A stretch of DNA of 64,000 bases from an uncultured delta proteobacterium (lineage in GTDB: Bacteria > Myxococcota_A > UBA9160 > SZUA-336). Below, one piece after another: positions 59,941 to 64,000 of the stretch (positions are counted from its first letter, which is position 1; each line of letters opens with the position of its first letter). The translations under genes were made by a program, and so were the position numbers. The DNA lies in contig CAVPHD010000012.1 of the NCBI GenBank assembly GCA_963704165.1, forward strand, positions 64,001-128,000, in the 5' to 3' direction. The notes under the pieces are model-generated. The model searched no databases. It saw only the letters and a list, made by a program, of their open reading frames with translations, and had not been told where the DNA came from.

Positions 59941-60740
59941 AGAACCGATCGATCGCGCGGACCCTGGCAATGGCCTGCGTCGGCCTGTGGCTATGCCTTC
60001 TCGCCCAAGAGGTCGATGCGCAGCGGCGCGGCGGCGGGGGACGTGGCGGCGGGGGCGGGCGTTCGATCTCGCGCTCGGGCCCCGCGGCGGGAGGCGGCTT
60101 CGGCGCGCAGCGCTCGGCGCGGCCCTCGCAGCACCCGTCGTGGTCGCAGACGTCCGGCGCCGGAGCGCGCCCCTCCACACAGCCGAGCCCGTCGACGCGG
60201 CCGACCACGCCCGCGACGCCGACCACCCGGCCGACCACGCCAACCGCGCCGACGACGCGGCCGACCACGCCAAGTGACAAGCGGCCGAGCGACTCGCGGC
60301 CGAGCCAACGGCCTGGGGAGGGCGAGAATCGACCCGGCGACTCCGAGAACCGCGAGGACTGGCAGCAGCACATCGACGAGTCTCGCGAAGATCGCCAGAA
60401 GTACGCCAACAACGCGCGAAACGACTGGCAGGACTTCTACGAAGAGGGCGGGTACTACTACGGCGGGTATTACGGCGGGTACTACGGGTACCCACCCGTC
60501 GTGATCGTGCACTACGACGATCACGACGAGGACTGGGAGGCGGCGCTCGCCGGCTTCGCGCTCGGAACCGCGCTCACCTCGGCTTCGTTCAGCTCGATGC
60601 AGACGAGCACGCAGTGCTCGCTCTCCGAGGTCACCGTGAACGAGGTGAAGTACTTCAAGTGCGGATCGACCTGGTACAACCGGGTGATCGAGGGCACGGA
60701 AGTCCAATACGTGATCGTGGGCGCGCCGCCGGGCTACTGA
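59937..60740 (+). CDS. Secreted low-complexity protein (Gly/Arg, Pro/Thr repeats, acidic segment, YYGG repeats) with small Cys-containing C-terminal domain
   Basis: Signal peptide; TRPTTP repeats; YYGGYYGGYYGY; YFKCGSTWY..YVIVGAPPG. Confidence 0.8.
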   Translation: MKNRSIARTLAMACVGLWLCLLAQEVDAQRRGGGGRGGGGGRSISRSGPAAGGGFGAQRSARPSQHPSWSQTSGAGARPSTQPSPSTRPTTPATPTTRPTTPTAPTTRPTTPSDKRPSDSRPSQRPGEGENRPGDSENREDWQQHIDESREDRQKYANNARNDWQDFYEEGGYYYGGYYGGYYGYPPVVIVHYDDHDEDWEAALAGFALGTALTSASFSSMQTSTQCSLSEVTVNEVKYFKCGSTWYNRVIEGTEVQYVIVGAPPGY

Positions 60741-60752
60741 GTCGGCGCACGC

Positions 60753-61172
60753 GTGACGGCCCGATCGCTGCGCTGGCTGGCTCCGGCCCTGCTACTCGCC
60801 GTAGCCGCGAATCAGATCTGGCTGTCGTTCCGTGCCGACCTGACACCGTGGTGTGGCGGTGGCTTCGGGATGTTCTCGACCGTCGACGGCCGCTTCGCGC
60901 GCCACCTGCACGCCTTCGCGCTGAGCCCGTCGCTGCGGGTCGAGCTCGCGATTCCCGTCGAGCTTCGAGAGAGCGCGCTGGCCGCGGTCGCGCTGCCGAG
61001 TGAGTCGCGGCTGCGGGCGTTCGCCCGGGAGCTCGAGCCATACGCCGCTTCGGACTTCGAAGCGCCAGACACGATCCGGATCGAGGTCTTCACCCGACGC
61101 GTCGACCCCGGGACGCTCGCCCCACGCGGAGTGCTGCTTCGGGCTCTGGAGGTCCCGCTTGCGCGACCTTGA
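60753..61172 (+). CDS. SdpA-like/HTTM-partner membrane-anchored protein
   Basis: N-terminal TM then LTPWCGGGFGMFST; overlaps the next gene. Confidence 0.5.
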   Translation: MTARSLRWLAPALLLAVAANQIWLSFRADLTPWCGGGFGMFSTVDGRFARHLHAFALSPSLRVELAIPVELRESALAAVALPSESRLRAFARELEPYAASDFEAPDTIRIEVFTRRVDPGTLAPRGVLLRALEVPLARP

Positions 61173-61998
61173 CCCGGTCCTGCTCGCAGCACGGCTCTCG
61201 CTCGCGGATCTGGCGCTGCGCCCGATCGGGGTCGGCTGGTTGCGGCCCGGGCTGCTTGCGCTCGCCGTGCTCGGTCTGGTCCTGCCATCGCTGGCGAAGC
61301 ACCCCGGGTTCTGGCTCGCGCTCGCCGCGCTCACCGCATTTCGTGTCGTCTGGACCTGGCCGCTGGCCGACAACCACGCCTACCTGCTCGCGTACTGGTG
61401 TCTCGCGCTCGCGGTTTCCACGCGCGAAGTGGACCCGCGGCCGGCGCTCGCCTGGAGCGGTCGCATGCTCCTCGGCCTGGTCTTCGCGCTCGCGGTGCTC
61501 TGGAAGGCGATCTCGCCCGACTACCTCGACGGCCGGTTCTTCCGCGTGACGCTCGTGACCGACGAGCGGCTCGCATCGTACGCGGTCCTGATCGGCGGAC
61601 TCGACGGCGAGGAGCTGAGAGAGCGGCGTGAGCAGCTGACCCGGCACGTCGATGGCGCGCCGATCGCGGCAGCGCTTCTGCCGCTCGAGCCCGCACGATT
61701 CCGCGCGGCGGCGTGGCTCGCGACCTGGGGCGTGATCGCCATCGAGGCCCTGCTCGCGCTCGCCTTCCTCGGGTCACCCCGCCGCGCCCTCGCGCGAATT
61801 CGCGATCCACTCCTGCTCGCGTTCTGCTCGGTCACTTATCTTTTCGCGCCGGTGAGCGGCTTCGGCTGGTTGCTGATCGCGCTCGGCGTCGCGCAGACCG
61901 ACCCCGAGAGCTGGCGGACGCGCGCGTCGTACTTGGGGGTCTTCGGGCTGGTCTACCTCTACCGCGAGATCCCCTGGGCGCTGATCGGCGTGGGCTGA
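61159..61998 (+). CDS. HTTM-domain (SdpB/vitamin K-dependent carboxylase-like) membrane protein
   Basis: DNHAYL, RMLLGLVFALAVLWKAISPDYLDG, IAIEALL; TTG 61159. Confidence 0.6.
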   Translation: MRDLDPVLLAARLSLADLALRPIGVGWLRPGLLALAVLGLVLPSLAKHPGFWLALAALTAFRVVWTWPLADNHAYLLAYWCLALAVSTREVDPRPALAWSGRMLLGLVFALAVLWKAISPDYLDGRFFRVTLVTDERLASYAVLIGGLDGEELRERREQLTRHVDGAPIAAALLPLEPARFRAAAWLATWGVIAIEALLALAFLGSPRRALARIRDPLLLAFCSVTYLFAPVSGFGWLLIALGVAQTDPESWRTRASYLGVFGLVYLYREIPWALIGVG

Positions 61999-62024
61999 CG
62001 GGCGTCGCGCGGCGCGGCTCGCGC

Positions 62025-63047
62025 TCAGTGCTCGTCGTAGGCGTCGTGCCAGCGCTCGCGATCGAGGAATGCGCCGCGCTCCGCGGCGAGCAAGAGCGCG
62101 CGATCGATGTCGAAGACGTACGGCCCCGATCGCTCGACACGCAGTCGAGCCTCCTGACCGGGCTTCAAGCTGCGCTCGCGATCGCCGTCGAAGGCGAGGA
62201 CGCCAGGCCCGCGCAGGACGATCGTCTCACCGAGCGCGATCACGCGCGAGCCCTTCACGTTCACGCGTCGATACAGCCCGGCGGAAACCGGCGCGAGCAG
62301 CACGCGCCCGGGCGCACCCGGCGCCGCGGTCTGCACCAGCAGTCCGGAATCGTCGGCGGCGCCGACGGGGTGCAGGAGACCGCCGATCGGCGACATCCCG
62401 ATTCCCGCGGGCTCCGCACGCGCGAGAACCAGCGCGCGCAGCTTCTCGGGCTCGAACGGCATCAGGTTTCCGATGTGGTCGTCGACGAGAAACGCCGCGT
62501 CCACGAGCGCCATGTCGGGACGCTCGCCGTCGATCTCGATGCGCACGCACTTCGATCTTCGCGAGACTTCGTCGAGTGCGACGATGCCGGCCGCGACCAG
62601 TCCCGCGGCTGCGCCCGCGATGGTCGGCTCGACGAGTCGCGGGAAGACGTTGTTCGTGCCGGTCGAGAGCGGAACGAGCGGCGCGTCCGGCCAGACGCGC
62701 GCGATCGCGCGATTCGTGCCGTCACCTCCGAGCACGACGAGCGCAGCGCAGCCCGCTTTGCGCATGGCCTCGGCCGCGCGCACGGTGTCGTTCGCGTCGA
62801 GCCGGGCGTCGACGTCGATCACCTCGAGACTCGCGTCGATCTCGAGGTTCTCGATCGCCGAGGTCGAGACTCGAAACGGCTCCTTCATGACGAGCACGCG
62901 CTTCGCGCCGGCCGCGACCGCACCGATCACGATCCGCGCGACCTGGTTGCGTTTGCTCTGCGGTGTCGACGTGTCCGCGCGCGCCGCAATGCGGCGGACG
63001 TCCCGGCCCGAGAGTGGATTCGCGATGATCCCGATGGGGCGCGTCAT
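62025..63047 (-). CDS. NAD kinase/AcoX-like protein
   Basis: IIANPLSGRDVRR, LGGDGT, STGTNNVFP, AFDGDRE. Confidence 0.85.
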   Translation of the reverse strand: MTRPIGIIANPLSGRDVRRIAARADTSTPQSKRNQVARIVIGAVAAGAKRVLVMKEPFRVSTSAIENLEIDASLEVIDVDARLDANDTVRAAEAMRKAGCAALVVLGGDGTNRAIARVWPDAPLVPLSTGTNNVFPRLVEPTIAGAAAGLVAAGIVALDEVSRRSKCVRIEIDGERPDMALVDAAFLVDDHIGNLMPFEPEKLRALVLARAEPAGIGMSPIGGLLHPVGAADDSGLLVQTAAPGAPGRVLLAPVSAGLYRRVNVKGSRVIALGETIVLRGPGVLAFDGDRERSLKPGQEARLRVERSGPYVFDIDRALLLAAERGAFLDRERWHDAYDEH

Positions 63048-63123
63048 TTCAGGCGCGGAATCCTACCAGATCGATCGCTCCGCTCGCCGCGGTCGCGGCA
63101 TTCCTCCGCGTGCATCCCCGCGC

Positions 63124-64000
63124 TTAGTCCGGTTCGATGAGGCGCGAGATCGCGCGCCTAAGCTCCTCGCGCGTGAACGGTTTGGCGAGCACTCTCGCAC
63201 CGCCAGGGAGCGATGTCGCCCCCGTACTCGGGATCTCCGCGTACCCGGTCATCAGCACGACGTACAGATCGGGCCACCGCTCGCGCAGTCCGCGGGACAG
63301 CTCGAGCCCGGTCTGCCCGGGCATCATGTAGTCGCTGATCAGCACGTCGAACTTCGTCTGCGACCTCTCGACGAGTTCGAGCGCCTCTTCGGCGCTGGAC
63401 GCAGGCGTGACGACATGACCGAAGTTCCGGAGCATGATCGCGAGCAATCCGCGCACCGAAGCATCGTCCTCGACCAGAAGAACCGAGGCTCCCGGGCCGG
63501 CGGGTCCGGACCTCGGAACGGTGGGGCGCGCTGGGATCTCCGCCCGGGACTCCGAGGCGGGAAAGCTGGCTTCGACGCGCGTGCCCAGGCCCGGCGCGCT
63601 TTCGAGCGAGATCGATCCGCCGCTCTGCCGCACGATCCCGTAGACCATCGACAGCCCGATCCCGGTTCCTTCTCCCGGCGGCTTGGTCGTGAAGAACGGC
63701 TCGAACGCTCGCGCGCGGGTCGCCTCGTCCATCCCGTGACCCGTGTCCGACACGCATAAGTGTACGAGTCGACCGCTCGGATCGCATCGCGTCTCGATCC
63801 GCAGCGTACCGTGCTCCGGCATGGCATCGCGAGCGTTGAGTGTCAGGTTGAGCAGCATCTGATCGAGCTGCGCCGGGTCGATCTCGATCGCAGGCAGTGC
63901 GGGATCGAGCGTGAGCTCGATGCCGATTCTCTCCGGCAGCGACCCGCGCAGGATCGCCTCGAGTCCGCGAATCGCCGCGTTCAGATCGACGATGCCGGGC
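63124..64000 (-). CDS. Hybrid histidine kinase-receiver, C-terminal part (runs off window end)
   Basis: NLTLNARDAM, DTGHGM, FEPFFTTK, GTGIGL; receiver VEDD, SDYMMP, KPF. Confidence 0.93.
   Translation of the reverse strand, partial: PGIVDLNAAIRGLEAILRGSLPERIGIELTLDPALPAIEIDPAQLDQMLLNLTLNARDAMPEHGTLRIETRCDPSGRLVHLCVSDTGHGMDEATRARAFEPFFTTKPPGEGTGIGLSMVYGIVRQSGGSISLESAPGLGTRVEASFPASESRAEIPARPTVPRSGPAGPGASVLLVEDDASVRGLLAIMLRNFGHVVTPASSAEEALELVERSQTKFDVLISDYMMPGQTGLELSRGLRERWPDLYVVLMTGYAEIPSTGATSLPGGARVLAKPFTREELRRAISRLIEPD

Noticed and set aside
60190..60275. Repeated CGGCCGACCACGCC units
   Set aside because: Coding Pro/Thr repeats; too short and irregular for CRISPR, no cas genes.

Overview
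Very GC-rich bacterial chromosomal window, densely coding (about 60 CDS, one tRNA-Ser(CGA)). Diderm traits (type IVa minor pilin/PilY1 cluster, secretin-like, DUF748 and lipoprotein genes) co-occur with F420-type LLM, WS/DGAT and EthD genes; a Myxococcota/deltaproteobacterial-type organism is my inference. Contents: fimU-pilV-pilW-pilX-pilY1, groES-groEL, purU, NAD-glutamate dehydrogenase, a xanthine-dehydrogenase-family operon, lipid/CoA and hydrolase genes. I found no integrase, transposase, phage gene or CRISPR array. About ten genes carry clustered single-base frameshifts, probably long-read consensus errors. Best candidates for novelty: (1) a four-gene unit at 59.1-62.0 kb ending in an HTTM/gamma-carboxylase-like membrane protein with an SdpA-like partner, downstream of a secreted acidic low-complexity protein; (2) a promoter-SD-35 aa ORF-hairpin leader before a MATE gene, divergent from an orphan IucA/IucC-like enzyme; (3) a structured leader with a 14 aa ORF before a catalytically degenerate GH63-like gene; (4) many leaderless genes, some sharing symmetric bidirectional -10 elements. 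All family calls come from motif recognition by eye, not database searches.
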